A stretch of 64,000 nt of DNA, taken from an uncultured Desulfobacter sp. GTDB taxonomy: Bacteria; Desulfobacterota; Desulfobacteria; Desulfobacterales; Desulfobacteraceae. Each line of letters opens with the position of its first letter. Position 1 is the stretch's first letter. Positions 9,573 to 19,329 of this stretch are shown one piece after another. The notes beneath the pieces are model-generated. The model worked only from the letters and a program-made list of their open reading frames with translations, ran no database searches and was not told the origin of the DNA. Made by a program: the position numbers and the translations under genes. The stretch is from positions 6,784,001 through 6,848,000 of the forward strand of contig OY762069.1 in NCBI GenBank assembly GCA_963665095.1, written 5' to 3'.

Positions 9573-12568
9573 TTTCCAACATCGAAATCACATTAAAACG
9601 GGATTTGAGGGATGCAGAGGGTGAGGCCCTGGTCAAAAAGGCCCAATCCTACTTTGGCATTAAAATAGATCAGGCTCGGTGCATTAATATCGTGACCGTT
9701 GAGGCGGACCTGGATAACGAAGCCCTGGAAAAAATACGCAAAGAGGTGTTCACCAACCCGGTGACACAGGTCTCCAGCCTTGATCCACTGGATATTGAGT
9801 TCGATTTCTGTATCTGGATCGGCTATCGCCCCGGTGTCCGGGACAATGCCGGGGCTACAGCTGTGGAGGCGGTCAGGGATCTGCTGAAGAAAGACTTTTC
9901 CACAGACCAGGGTATTTATACCTCAAAGCGGTATTGCCTCACAGGGCCAGGGCTCACCCGGGAAGATGCTGAAAAGATCGCCTGTGAGATTTTATCCAAC
10001 AGCATTATCCAACAGTATAAGGTTTTCACAAAAGATCTGTGGGATAAGAAGACCGGTGCCGGTGTGACGCCTGCGAAAGTAATCCTTGACCATGAACCCT
10101 CCTTTGATGTGGTGGATATCGACACGGATGAAACCCTGGCCAGGATTTCCTTTGAGCGCAGTCTTTCTTTGAACGCAAAAGATATCCCGGTGATCCGGGA
10201 ATATTTTCTGGATAAAAAGGTGCTTGCTGACCGCGAAACAGTGGGGCTTTCCAAACCAACGGATGTGGAGCTTGAGTATATCTCCCAGGCCAGATCCGAC
10301 CATTGCTGCCACACCACCTTTAACGGTATTTTCCGGTACACGGACACTGAAACCGGTGAAACTGCCGTGGAAAATTCTTTATTTAAGACATACATCAAAG
10401 AACCGACCCTGGCGCTTAAGGAGACCAGGGAGTGGGTGGTTTCCGTCCTCTGGGATAATGCGGGCGTAGGGGCTTTTGATGATGAAAATAACTATGTGAT
10501 CACCGGAGAGACCCATAACTCTCCTTCCAATATGGAAGCTTACGGCGGTGCCATTACAGGCATTGTCGGTGTTTACCGTGATCCCATGGGAACAGGTCTT
10601 GGCTCCAAGCTTTTTATGGGCAGTTTCGGGTTCTGTGTGGGCGACGTCAACTATCAGGGGCCATTGAAACCGCCGCTTCATCCAAGACGCCTGCTTGACG
10701 GGGTGATCGAAGGGGTCAAGGATGGAGGAAACAAAAGCGGGGTGCCCACCACCTTTGGGCAGACCCTGTTTGATCCTGGATTTATGGGAAAGGCCCTGGT
10801 GTTTGTGACAGCACTGGGCATTATGCCTAAAACCATAGCCGGCCGTCCCAGCCATGAAAAGACCACCTCGCCGGGGGAGTTGATCATCATGAGTGGGGGT
10901 CGGGTGGGCAAAGATGGCATCCACGGGGTGACAGCCTCATCCAAGAGCTACTCGGAAAACACACCTGCCGGGCACGTCCAGATCGGAGATCCCTATACCC
11001 AGAAAAAAATGCATGATTTCCTGCTGATATGCAATGATGAAGGCCTGATTACTTTTATTACAGATAATGGGGGCGGTGGCCTCTCCTCATCAGTGGGAGA
11101 ATCGGCCATGCTGTCCAACGGCTGCGAAGTGTGGCTGGATAAAGTGCCTTTGAAATATGAGGGCCTGGACATGTGGGAGATCTGGATTTCCGAGTCCCAG
11201 GAGCGCATGACCATTGCCATCAAGCCGGAAAATCTGGATCGATTCATGGCGCTTTCCGACCTGCACGAAGTAGAATCCACCGTGATCGGCAAATATACCG
11301 ACTCCGGCAAGCTGCACATAAAATATCATGATCAGACCTGTGCTTATGTGGACATGGATCTTCTGGATAAGGGGTTTCCAGCCTGGGAGTTTGATGCGGT
11401 GTGGACAGCCCCGGCGTTCCGGGGTCTGGCCGAGCCCGTTATCTCCAGCCCCACCAATTTCAATGCCGTGCTTGAGGCAATGCTGGCCCGGCCCAATATC
11501 TGTTCCAAAGAGTGGATCATGCGCCAGTATGACCATGAGGTCCAGGGTGGTTCCGTGGTTAAGCCCCTTTCCGGTGTCAAGCGCAATATCCCGTCGGATG
11601 CATCTGTGACCCGGCCGGTGCTCACCAGCAACCGTGGGCTTGCATTTTCCCAGAGCATTCTACCCTGGTATTCAAAAATTGACGCCTTTCACATGATGAC
11701 CTGCACCATTGATGAGGCGGTTCGCCGGTTGATTTCCGTGGGAGGTACCCTGGACCATATCGGCGGGGTGGATAATTTCTGCTGGCCTGATATCGGGTAT
11801 GATGCTGCCTCCAACCCGGACGGAAAATTTAAGGCAGCCCAGCTCGTCAGAGCCTGTCGGGCGCTCAAGGAGGCCTGTGTGGCCTATGGGGTACCGTTGC
11901 TTTCAGGCAAGGATTCCATGTATGTGGACGGTCATCTGGAGGGGCAATTTGGTGAACGGATCAAGGTATCAGCCCTGGAAACCGTACAATTTTCAGCGGT
12001 TTCACTGGTCAGTGATATCAGCAGGTGTGTGACCCTGGAGCCCAAGTGCGCCAATGATCTGGTCTATGTCATGGGAAATACGGCAGATGAACTGGGCGCT
12101 TCGGAGTACTATGAGATGTTCGGCAAAATCGGACTCAATGTTCCGCAGGTGGATTTTTCAAAGTTCAAGGTCGTATATCGGGCCCTGGAGAAAGCGGTTG
12201 AAAAAGAACTTCTGGCCTCCTGCCATGCCGTGGGCCGCGGCGGATTAGGGGTGCACTTAAGCCTGCTTACCATGGCAGGCGGACTTGGACTGGATATTGA
12301 TCTTGTCGGTCTGCCCGTGGTCGTGGACAGGGCATTGGCGTTTGAAAAATTGCTGTTTTCAGAATCGGCCGGACGTCTTATTGTCACGGTGAATCCGGAA
12401 AACAGGGCAACATTTGAAAAACTTTGCAAGGGGCTGCCCTGTGCCTGTATCGGCACTGTGACAGACAGCCATGATCGGCTCAGGATAAAAGGCGCGGACG
12501 CTTCTGTGGATCTGCCGGTTTCAGCCCTTGAAGCAGCATTTAACAAGACCTTTGGAGAGATGATATGA
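9569..12568 (+). CDS. purL: Phosphoribosylformylglycinamidine synthase PurL with N-terminal PurS-like extension
   Basis: SDHCCHTTF, ETHNSPS, SESQERM, QYDHEV, DNFCW, GKDSM, FSES. Confidence 0.95.
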   Translation: MISNIEITLKRDLRDAEGEALVKKAQSYFGIKIDQARCINIVTVEADLDNEALEKIRKEVFTNPVTQVSSLDPLDIEFDFCIWIGYRPGVRDNAGATAVEAVRDLLKKDFSTDQGIYTSKRYCLTGPGLTREDAEKIACEILSNSIIQQYKVFTKDLWDKKTGAGVTPAKVILDHEPSFDVVDIDTDETLARISFERSLSLNAKDIPVIREYFLDKKVLADRETVGLSKPTDVELEYISQARSDHCCHTTFNGIFRYTDTETGETAVENSLFKTYIKEPTLALKETREWVVSVLWDNAGVGAFDDENNYVITGETHNSPSNMEAYGGAITGIVGVYRDPMGTGLGSKLFMGSFGFCVGDVNYQGPLKPPLHPRRLLDGVIEGVKDGGNKSGVPTTFGQTLFDPGFMGKALVFVTALGIMPKTIAGRPSHEKTTSPGELIIMSGGRVGKDGIHGVTASSKSYSENTPAGHVQIGDPYTQKKMHDFLLICNDEGLITFITDNGGGGLSSSVGESAMLSNGCEVWLDKVPLKYEGLDMWEIWISESQERMTIAIKPENLDRFMALSDLHEVESTVIGKYTDSGKLHIKYHDQTCAYVDMDLLDKGFPAWEFDAVWTAPAFRGLAEPVISSPTNFNAVLEAMLARPNICSKEWIMRQYDHEVQGGSVVKPLSGVKRNIPSDASVTRPVLTSNRGLAFSQSILPWYSKIDAFHMMTCTIDEAVRRLISVGGTLDHIGGVDNFCWPDIGYDAASNPDGKFKAAQLVRACRALKEACVAYGVPLLSGKDSMYVDGHLEGQFGERIKVSALETVQFSAVSLVSDISRCVTLEPKCANDLVYVMGNTADELGASEYYEMFGKIGLNVPQVDFSKFKVVYRALEKAVEKELLASCHAVGRGGLGVHLSLLTMAGGLGLDIDLVGLPVVVDRALAFEKLLFSESAGRLIVTVNPENRATFEKLCKGLPCACIGTVTDSHDRLRIKGADASVDLPVSALEAAFNKTFGEMI

Positions 12569-13392
12569 GCGGGAACAGCGAGGTGAAGGCGCTGGTACTC
12601 ACCGGATTCGGCCTGAACTGTGATTACGAGACAGCCTATGCGTTTGAGCAGGCAGGGGCCACAGCCCACAGGGTGCATATCAACACCCTGATCCGAAGGG
12701 ATGTCAGTCTTGAGGATTTCCAGATCCTTGCGTTCGGCGGCGGGTTTTCCTGGGGGGATGATCATGGGGCCGGCGTCATCCAGGCGCTGAAGCTGAAAAA
12801 TAATATTGGAAAAGACCTTTTGGATTTTGTCGCTGCGGGGAAACTGGTAATCGGGATCTGTAACGGATTCCAGGCACTGGTGAATTTAGGCCTTCTGCCC
12901 GGGCTGGATCAGGATTATACCCAGCGGTCCGTGGCCATTACATATAATGACTGCGGCAATTTCCGGGACCAGTGGGTCCGGATGGTGCCTGATGCGCAAA
13001 GTCCCTGTGTATTCACCAAAGGCTTAGGCGTGTCCGATTATCCCATACGTCACGGAGAGGGCAAGCTTGTGGCAGATCCGCAGGTGATTAAGTGCCTTGC
13101 GGCCAACCATCAGGTGGTATTCCGGTATGCAGATAATGAAGGAAAGCCCGCAAATGGCGTGTTTCCCTTTAATCCCAACGGGGCAGTGGATGATATTGCC
13201 GGCATCTGTGACCCCACAGGCCGGATTTTCGGTCTTATGCCGCATCCTGAAGGATATAACCATGTGACCAACCATCCGGACTGGCCCAGGCTCAAAGAGA
13301 TGGCAAAACGCAGAGGGGAATCTTTGGAACAACGTGTGACCACCGGCATCCGGCTCTTTGAAAATGGTGTGAATTATATCCGGAACCTGTAG
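12565..13392 (+). CDS. purQ: FGAM synthase glutaminase subunit PurQ
   Basis: GGGFSWGD, GICNGFQ, HGEG, GLMPHPE. Confidence 0.96.
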   Translation: MSGNSEVKALVLTGFGLNCDYETAYAFEQAGATAHRVHINTLIRRDVSLEDFQILAFGGGFSWGDDHGAGVIQALKLKNNIGKDLLDFVAAGKLVIGICNGFQALVNLGLLPGLDQDYTQRSVAITYNDCGNFRDQWVRMVPDAQSPCVFTKGLGVSDYPIRHGEGKLVADPQVIKCLAANHQVVFRYADNEGKPANGVFPFNPNGAVDDIAGICDPTGRIFGLMPHPEGYNHVTNHPDWPRLKEMAKRRGESLEQRVTTGIRLFENGVNYIRNL

Positions 13393-13400
13393 TTTTGACG

Positions 13401-13436
13401 GTCCATCCGCAAAGATCCCATTTGTGGATGGACTCT
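13401..13436. repeat. REP-like palindrome (family copy 1)
   Basis: gtccatccgcaaa-7 nt-tttgtggatggac(tct). Confidence 0.6.
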
Positions 13437-13508
13437 GACCATGTCCCGATACCCTAGTCCCGATCATTATAAACAATTATTGATACATTTTAGTTGAGAA
13501 CACTGAAC

Positions 13509-14204
13509 ATGCTGGGAACATTTGTCAATTTTTTTGCCATTCTTGCCGGTACGGCTGTGGGGCTGCTCTTTCGAAACGGCATCCCGGAAAAGTATAACAA
13601 TACGGTACTGCAGGCCATTGCCCTTTCCGTGATCCTCATCGGGTTAAAAAGTGCGCTGGGCTGCCCCGATGTGCTGGTGATCATCATCAGTATGGCTGTG
13701 GGGGCGATTCTCGGTGAATTCATTGGCGTTGAGGCCCATCTGAAAAACTTAGGCGATTTTCTGGAAGAGAAATTTACAGATCCGGAAGCCACAACCCCCT
13801 CTTTGTCCACTGCCTTTGTCACGGCATCACTGTTGTTCTGTGTGGGGTCCATGGCCATTGTCGGCTCCCTTGAAAGCGGTCTGACCGGCAACCATGCCAC
13901 CTTGTTTGCCAAATCGTTCCTGGATGGTGTGACTTCCATTATTTTGACGGCCTCTCTGGGTATAGGGGTGGGGCTGTCTGCTGTGGCGGTTCTTGTTTAC
14001 CAGGGGGCAATTACGCTTGCGGCAGGCATCATGAAGCCATACCTGATTCCATCTGTTGTCAGCCAGATGTCCGGGGCAGGGGGGTTGCTCATTGCCGCCA
14101 TCGGGTTAAACATGATCCGTGAAAAAAAGATTGCTGTGGGCAATATGCTGCCTGCCATATTTTTGCCGCTGATCTATTATTTTGTTACCACCTTATTTAC
14201 GTAA
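13509..14204 (+). CDS. DUF554 (YdfK-like) membrane protein
   Basis: MLGTFVN, LLFCVGSMAIVGSL, KSFLDG, GNMLPA; many hydrophobic helices. Confidence 0.9.
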   Translation: MLGTFVNFFAILAGTAVGLLFRNGIPEKYNNTVLQAIALSVILIGLKSALGCPDVLVIIISMAVGAILGEFIGVEAHLKNLGDFLEEKFTDPEATTPSLSTAFVTASLLFCVGSMAIVGSLESGLTGNHATLFAKSFLDGVTSIILTASLGIGVGLSAVAVLVYQGAITLAAGIMKPYLIPSVVSQMSGAGGLLIAAIGLNMIREKKIAVGNMLPAIFLPLIYYFVTTLFT

Positions 14205-14207
14205 TTA

Positions 14208-14223
14208 AGAGCCCATCCACAAA
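14208..14223. repeat. REP-like half copy (family copy 2)
   Basis: agagcccatccacaaa; 15/16 match to the reverse complement of 13421-13436. Confidence 0.55.
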
Positions 14224-14235
14224 CAGAGGTGTTTT

Positions 14236-14898
14236 ATGCCAGTGGATATTGCGTTTTTTCTGGAGACATTAAAACAGGAGGTTGAGAACTATCAGGTGCC
14301 GGTGGTGGACCTGATTGCTGTTCAGACCAATTCCCCTTTCAAAGTCCTTGTGGCCACCATCCTGTCGGCCAGGACCAAGGACGAGGTCACCGCTGCTGCT
14401 GCCGGAAGACTTCTTGAGGCTGCCCCGGATTCTGCAACCTTAAAACACCTGTCTGTACCGCGTATCCGGGAATTGATTTATCCTGTGGGGTTTTACAAAT
14501 CCAAGGCCGAGTATCTTGCCAAGCTGCCGGCTGCCCTGGACACCTTTGGGGGGCAAGTGCCTGATGAGATTGATGACCTTGTCACCCTGCCGGGTGTGGG
14601 GCGTAAAACTGCCAATCTGGTCCGGGCCGTGGCCTTTGGCAAAGATGCCATCTGTGTGGATACCCATGTCCACCGGATCATGAATATCTGGGGGTATGTC
14701 AAAACCCGCACCCCCCTTGATACGGAAAAAGCTTTAAGGAAAAAGCTGCCGAAAAAGTACTGGCAGGAGGTCAACCGGATTCTGGTGACATTTGGCCAGG
14801 GAACCTGCCGGCCAGTGGGGCCTCATTGCTATCGCTGTGTCCTTGAAAAATATTGCCCTCAAAAAGGGGTCCGTCCGGCAAAATCGCCAAAAAAATGA
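14236..14898 (+). CDS. nth: Endonuclease III
   Basis: ILSARTKD, HhH LPGVGRKTAN, VDTHVHR, C-X6-C-X2-C-X5-C iron-sulfur motif. Confidence 0.95.
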   Translation: MPVDIAFFLETLKQEVENYQVPVVDLIAVQTNSPFKVLVATILSARTKDEVTAAAAGRLLEAAPDSATLKHLSVPRIRELIYPVGFYKSKAEYLAKLPAALDTFGGQVPDEIDDLVTLPGVGRKTANLVRAVAFGKDAICVDTHVHRIMNIWGYVKTRTPLDTEKALRKKLPKKYWQEVNRILVTFGQGTCRPVGPHCYRCVLEKYCPQKGVRPAKSPKK

Positions 14899-14906
14899 TT
14901 GGGAGG

Positions 14907-14940
14907 AAGCTCTCTCAAAATTAGTTTCTGAGATGGGTTT
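14907..14940. repeat. Degenerate REP-like palindrome between convergent genes (copy 3); possible terminator
   Basis: aagctctctcaaaa-ttag-tttctgagatgggttt. Confidence 0.4.
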
Positions 14941-14998
14941 TAAACCCCGGCCGGCCTATGAGCTGAATATTTCCTTATCTGCTGCTGACAGTTAACTT

Positions 14999-16156
14999 TC
15001 AATTTTGCATAATATGGGGACAGGTTTTTCCCATAATATCCTCAGGAGTATAGGCCTTTAAAATTTCTTTGATTCTATCTGTGGTATCAGGCCTGTCAAA
15101 AGGACTTTCCCAGAACAGCAGCCCTGTCTTAAATTCCGGACAAAGTGCTTTGTTTAATGCCTCTTTGATTAAGATGCTGTCAATCTCTGCCTGAATCATA
15201 TGCCCGGGGTTGTCCCTGAATCTGATCCTGTCACCCACCGAGACCACAGGGGTTTTCATCCGGGCACCAAGTACCACGCATTCATCGGTATTGCCCAAGA
15301 CTGCCTGGGCATGTGCCATTGCAGAAGCAATCTCAGAATCGGACTGGATGAAAGTGCAATGCCTGGAAGATGGAGATAAATACTTATCCATTTCCGCTCT
15401 CATAATTCGGCCAAAGCCTTTGGGGCCAGGCTCCAGACAAACCAGCGCATATTTTTTAAAAAGTGGGTCACTGACAACAGACATCACTGATGCCATCATG
15501 GCGGCATTTCTGGAACCAAGACTGCGGTCCGGCACCATGGAGATAAAGAGAAAGGGGCTTACCGGATCCTTTAATGCCGGGATACAGTCAGTATCAGGTG
15601 TTTCGGTGGAACCATTCAAAGGGGTTGCGCTCAGGGTGCCGACATTAAACACCCTGTCCGGATGTTCACCAAATCCAATCACCCGTTTACGGTATGTTTC
15701 TGTCGCCGTAAAATGCAGATTTGCAATTTTGGCAATACCCAGGCAGAAGTTATTCTCAAACGGTCCAAATTGCCTTTCTCCCCCATTTATGTGTGCCACC
15801 GGAATGTCATTGAGGCAGGCCGCCACAGCTGCTGAGAATGCCTCATGGGTATTGCCGGTCACCACGACAATATCCGGGGAAATGGTTTTCAGGGCTAAAT
15901 AAAGGCCATCCCTGGAAATTTTACTGGCTTTACAGGGGCTTTTACCGGCATGCACCCGGATGTCAAGACATTCCCAGGGCTCGTCGGCATTGGACGACAC
16001 CATGGCTGAATACTGAATTTCCATATCCGGGCCAAGGTGCCGGCATGAAGTAAGAACGCTCAGTTCAAGGGTTTCGTCTTCTTGAATGGCGTTAATTAAG
16101 GGGATCAGCCTGGGGGCCGGTGCCAGTGTGTCTGAAATAATGCAAATTCTTTTCAT
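14999..16156 (-). CDS. Divergent UDP-GlcNAc 2-epimerase (NeuC-like) fold protein with degenerate catalytic motifs
   Basis: PDIVVVTG, IPVAHINGGE, KIANLHFTATETYRKRVIGFGEHPDRVFNVG; canonical GTRxE, GDR and GNSS motifs altered. Confidence 0.8.
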   Translation of the reverse strand: MKRICIISDTLAPAPRLIPLINAIQEDETLELSVLTSCRHLGPDMEIQYSAMVSSNADEPWECLDIRVHAGKSPCKASKISRDGLYLALKTISPDIVVVTGNTHEAFSAAVAACLNDIPVAHINGGERQFGPFENNFCLGIAKIANLHFTATETYRKRVIGFGEHPDRVFNVGTLSATPLNGSTETPDTDCIPALKDPVSPFLFISMVPDRSLGSRNAAMMASVMSVVSDPLFKKYALVCLEPGPKGFGRIMRAEMDKYLSPSSRHCTFIQSDSEIASAMAHAQAVLGNTDECVVLGARMKTPVVSVGDRIRFRDNPGHMIQAEIDSILIKEALNKALCPEFKTGLLFWESPFDRPDTTDRIKEILKAYTPEDIMGKTCPHIMQN

Positions 16157-16237
16157 GGGCCTCTTTCATCCTTGAAACAGGTGACTGGGAAAAACTTTCC
16201 TGATATGCACCTGAAATTAACCTTGAATATGATTTAT

Positions 16238-16253
16238 AGCAGATTGCGTGCCG
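16238..16253 (-). promoter_or_regulatory. sigma54 (-24/-12) promoter motif for the NeuC-like gene
   Basis: Minus strand CGGCACGCAATCTGCT with exact GG-N10-GC spacing, about 80 nt upstream of the start. Confidence 0.65.
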
Positions 16254-16305
16254 GCGTGATTTTCATCAAATGCCTGATGGGGAAGTTGCAGATAGATCTA
16301 AACAC

Positions 16306-16344
16306 AAAAAAAAGCCCCGGACAGGTTTGGATCCTGTCCGGGGC
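16306..16344 (-). terminator. Intrinsic terminator of the 79-aa ORF
   Basis: gccccggacagg/cctgtccggggc stem with a T8 tail on the minus strand. Confidence 0.8.
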
Positions 16345-16367
16345 GGGTTGTCTGTTAAAGGGGCTTT

Positions 16368-16607
16368 CTATTGAAGCTGCTCTTTCATGGTAATATCATG
16401 CCGCCGTTCCTGAACGGTCTTCTTTCCAAGCTTTCTATCTTGGCCTTCGGAATAGGGTGATGTGCAAAATTTTTTAAGTTTCTCCACGTTACCCTCAAGG
16501 TCCATGCGCCGAATGGATGAAAGGCCTTCAATGCAACTATTATATTTTCTGTTAAGTTTCCGTTTTACTTTAATTTCCTGGTGCCGTCTGACTGCTCTGT
16601 CTCTCAT
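16368..16607 (-). CDS. Small basic hypothetical protein (79 aa)
   Basis: AAAGGAG RBS, own promoter and terminator. Confidence 0.75.
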   Translation of the reverse strand: MRDRAVRRHQEIKVKRKLNRKYNSCIEGLSSIRRMDLEGNVEKLKKFCTSPYSEGQDRKLGKKTVQERRHDITMKEQLQ

Positions 16608-16694
16608 ATGTCAGGCTCCTTTCATATAATAGTGTAACAGATATAACTTCAAGCCACCTTTGTCTTGTTTAACAAAGGGTAACCCATAGTTTTG

Positions 16695-16723
16695 AGTATA
16701 AGCAGTCTATTTGCCTTTGACAA
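16695..16723 (-). promoter_or_regulatory. sigma70-type promoter of the 79-aa ORF
   Basis: TTGTCA-17 bp-TATACT on the minus strand. Confidence 0.65.
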
Positions 16724-16745
16724 GAGGCAGGTGGAGATACGGTCA

Positions 16746-17657
16746 CTACCCCTTGTGTACAAGGGCTTTAAGAATGTGACTTACCATGGCCGGGTTCTCC
16801 TTGAGCCGGCGGGTGGAGTATCCGAACCACTGTTCTCCAAAGGGAACATACACCCGCATTCTGTGACCATTCTGCACAAGCTCCTGGCGTTTTTTCGGTG
16901 TCACACCATAAAGCATCTGGAATTCATATTTGTTTTTTGACACCTGGTATTTGTCGATCAGGTCAAGGGCGCCTTTGATCAGGGGGGCATCATGGGTGGC
17001 AATGGCGGCATATACCCCGTTTTTGAACATAAATTCGAGATCCTCAAGAAAATGGGCATTGATTTCGTGGTACTGCTTGTAGGCAATTTCTGCCGGTTCC
17101 ACATAAATACCTTTAACCAGTCGGAAGTTTAAGTCCGCGTCATCACGGCGCAGATCCAGCATGGCGTCAATATCCCCGATGGTCCTTTTTAAATATGCCT
17201 GGAGAACCAGGCCGATATTTTGGGGGAATTCCTGCTTCAGGCGACGGAATATATCAATGGAGTCATCAACACAGGGGGAATCTTCCATGTCAATGCGGAT
17301 AAAGTTGCCATGGGAGGCTGCTTCTGCGGTCATTTCACGGATGAACTCGAAGCAGGCCTGTTTGTCAATGAGCAGGCCGAACATGGTGGGTTTAACAGAG
17401 TAGTTGCCGTTAATACCGGCCGCCTCAATGGTACGGATCAGATTTAGGTAATCATCCCTGTTTTTTTCAGCCTGGGACAGGGTTTGAATAAATTCCCCGA
17501 GAATATCCAAGGTCACCATGACATTTTCCTGATTCAGGGCCTGGGAAACAGTAATGGCATCTTTGATACTCTCACCGGCAATATAGCTTTTGGAAAACTG
17601 CCAGATCAATTTCGGGGGGAAATGGGGCAGCATCTGGCTGATAATTTTATTTAACAT
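16746..17657 (-). CDS. Monofunctional proline dehydrogenase
   Basis: YIAGE, LDILGE, RIDMED, QAYLKR, RLVKGIY, ATHD, EFQMLYG, YVPFG, RRLKENP. Confidence 0.95.
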   Translation of the reverse strand: MLNKIISQMLPHFPPKLIWQFSKSYIAGESIKDAITVSQALNQENVMVTLDILGEFIQTLSQAEKNRDDYLNLIRTIEAAGINGNYSVKPTMFGLLIDKQACFEFIREMTAEAASHGNFIRIDMEDSPCVDDSIDIFRRLKQEFPQNIGLVLQAYLKRTIGDIDAMLDLRRDDADLNFRLVKGIYVEPAEIAYKQYHEINAHFLEDLEFMFKNGVYAAIATHDAPLIKGALDLIDKYQVSKNKYEFQMLYGVTPKKRQELVQNGHRMRVYVPFGEQWFGYSTRRLKENPAMVSHILKALVHKG

Positions 17658-17708
17658 GATAATCTCCTGATGTTTTTATTAATGGTTTAACCATTAAACT
17701 TTAATTGA

Positions 17709-17737
17709 ACTATGTAAGTATTTTGGTACGTTGTCAA
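17709..17737 (-). promoter_or_regulatory. sigma70-type promoter of proline dehydrogenase
   Basis: TTGACA-17 bp-CATAGT on the minus strand. Confidence 0.55.
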
Positions 17738-17865
17738 GATTTTCTTTCAGTATAATTCCATGATTTTTACCGTAACGCAGCCGTTGCAGATATATGGACA
17801 GCCAATGAAACAGGAAAAACTGCCAAAAAGGTATTGTTGGCTCTGTCTGGCACAGGGGGGGGATA

Positions 17866-19329
17866 CTATTTACGAGGGGCAGCTATGCTCTGATGGATAA
17901 TGCGACCAAGCACTGCAATGCTGTGTTCAAGCGCATCACCCCAGGCAAGCCCGCAATTCAGGCGCAGGCAGTGCCGGTATCGGTCCGTGGTGGAACAGAT
18001 CAGTCCCGGCATGATGGAAATATTGTGCTGACGCGCCTTCTGGAAAATTTCCAGGGCATCAATATTCCTGTTTAGCGCAATCCACAAAAACATGCCGCCT
18101 TTGGGAAAGGTGATCCGTGTATCTTTGGGAAAGTGTGCGGCAATGGCAATGGACATGGCAGATATTTGATTTTTGATCTGATTTCTAAGTTTACGTAAGT
18201 GTCGGTCATAGGCGCCTGTTTCCAGAAACCGGGCTGTGATTTTGTGACCTGTATCAGGACCTGAAATCTGGGAATTTAGCTTCAGGCGCAGGACCTGGCT
18301 GTAAAAATTGCCCGGGATGGTCCACCCGGCCCGAAGTCCCGGGGCCATGGTTTTTGAAAAGGAGGAGCAGTACAAAACATTACCGGTTGTATCCATACTT
18401 TTAAATGTGGCGGGTCGGGCAGTGCCAAAATAGATATCGCCGTAAATGTCATCCTCAATAATGGGGATATTATGGGCTTGAGTAATATCAAGGATCTTAT
18501 TTTTTGCATCCACAGGCATCAAAGATCCCATGGGATTTTGGAAATTGGTGCTCAAAAGACATGCCCTGACAGGATTTTCGGCAATCATGGCCTTAATATT
18601 TTCCGGGTCCATGCCCTGCTCGGGACATCCCGGCACTTCAAGCACATACATGCCTAAGTCTTCGATGAGCTGGAGAAAGCAGTGAAAGGCAGGTGACTCC
18701 ACCAGAATTATATCACCCGGTCCGGCAACGGCTCTTAAGCAGAAGCTGACAGCCTCCAGACAGCCATTGGTGGTGATAATGTCGTCCGGCCCCACCCGGC
18801 AGGCCTGACCCATCATCAGCCTGGCCAGGGCATAACGCAATTCAGCAGATCCTGCGCAGTTGTCATAGGTGCCCATGCCCAGAACGATATCCTGGACTGA
18901 CATTGATTTGGCAATGCGTGACAACTGCTTAAGGGGCATCAGGCACGGGTCTGCAACAGCCGCACCCAGTCGGACCATGCCCGGACGCTGGAGATCCGAT
19001 ACAATGGCTTCGGCCAGATCATTTATTTTTACACGGCTGGGCAGCGCTGCCTTTCTTGCAATATCCGGAAGAGGCAACGGGCTTTTATTCAGGGCACTGA
19101 CAAAAAAGCCCGATTTTTCCTTTGCCGATACACATCCCCGTTTTTCAAGTTCAATATATGCCTGGTGAATGGTGGTGATGCTTAGTCCCAGTCTGTTATG
19201 CAGTTGTCTTAAAGACGGCAGCCGTTCCCCGGCACGGTATTGACCCGATATGATTTTATTTTGGATATCATCTGCCAGGGTCGCATATCTGAAATTGGCC
19301 TGAATGCCTGATTGTTTCTGATTTGCCAT
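17866..19329 (-). CDS. MocR/GntR-family PLP-dependent transcriptional regulator
   Basis: N-terminal wHTH (GERLPSLRQL...AYIELE) plus aminotransferase domain (IIEDDIY, SFSKTMAPGLRAGW). Confidence 0.95.
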   Translation of the reverse strand: MANQKQSGIQANFRYATLADDIQNKIISGQYRAGERLPSLRQLHNRLGLSITTIHQAYIELEKRGCVSAKEKSGFFVSALNKSPLPLPDIARKAALPSRVKINDLAEAIVSDLQRPGMVRLGAAVADPCLMPLKQLSRIAKSMSVQDIVLGMGTYDNCAGSAELRYALARLMMGQACRVGPDDIITTNGCLEAVSFCLRAVAGPGDIILVESPAFHCFLQLIEDLGMYVLEVPGCPEQGMDPENIKAMIAENPVRACLLSTNFQNPMGSLMPVDAKNKILDITQAHNIPIIEDDIYGDIYFGTARPATFKSMDTTGNVLYCSSFSKTMAPGLRAGWTIPGNFYSQVLRLKLNSQISGPDTGHKITARFLETGAYDRHLRKLRNQIKNQISAMSIAIAAHFPKDTRITFPKGGMFLWIALNRNIDALEIFQKARQHNISIMPGLICSTTDRYRHCLRLNCGLAWGDALEHSIAVLGRIIHQSIAAPRK

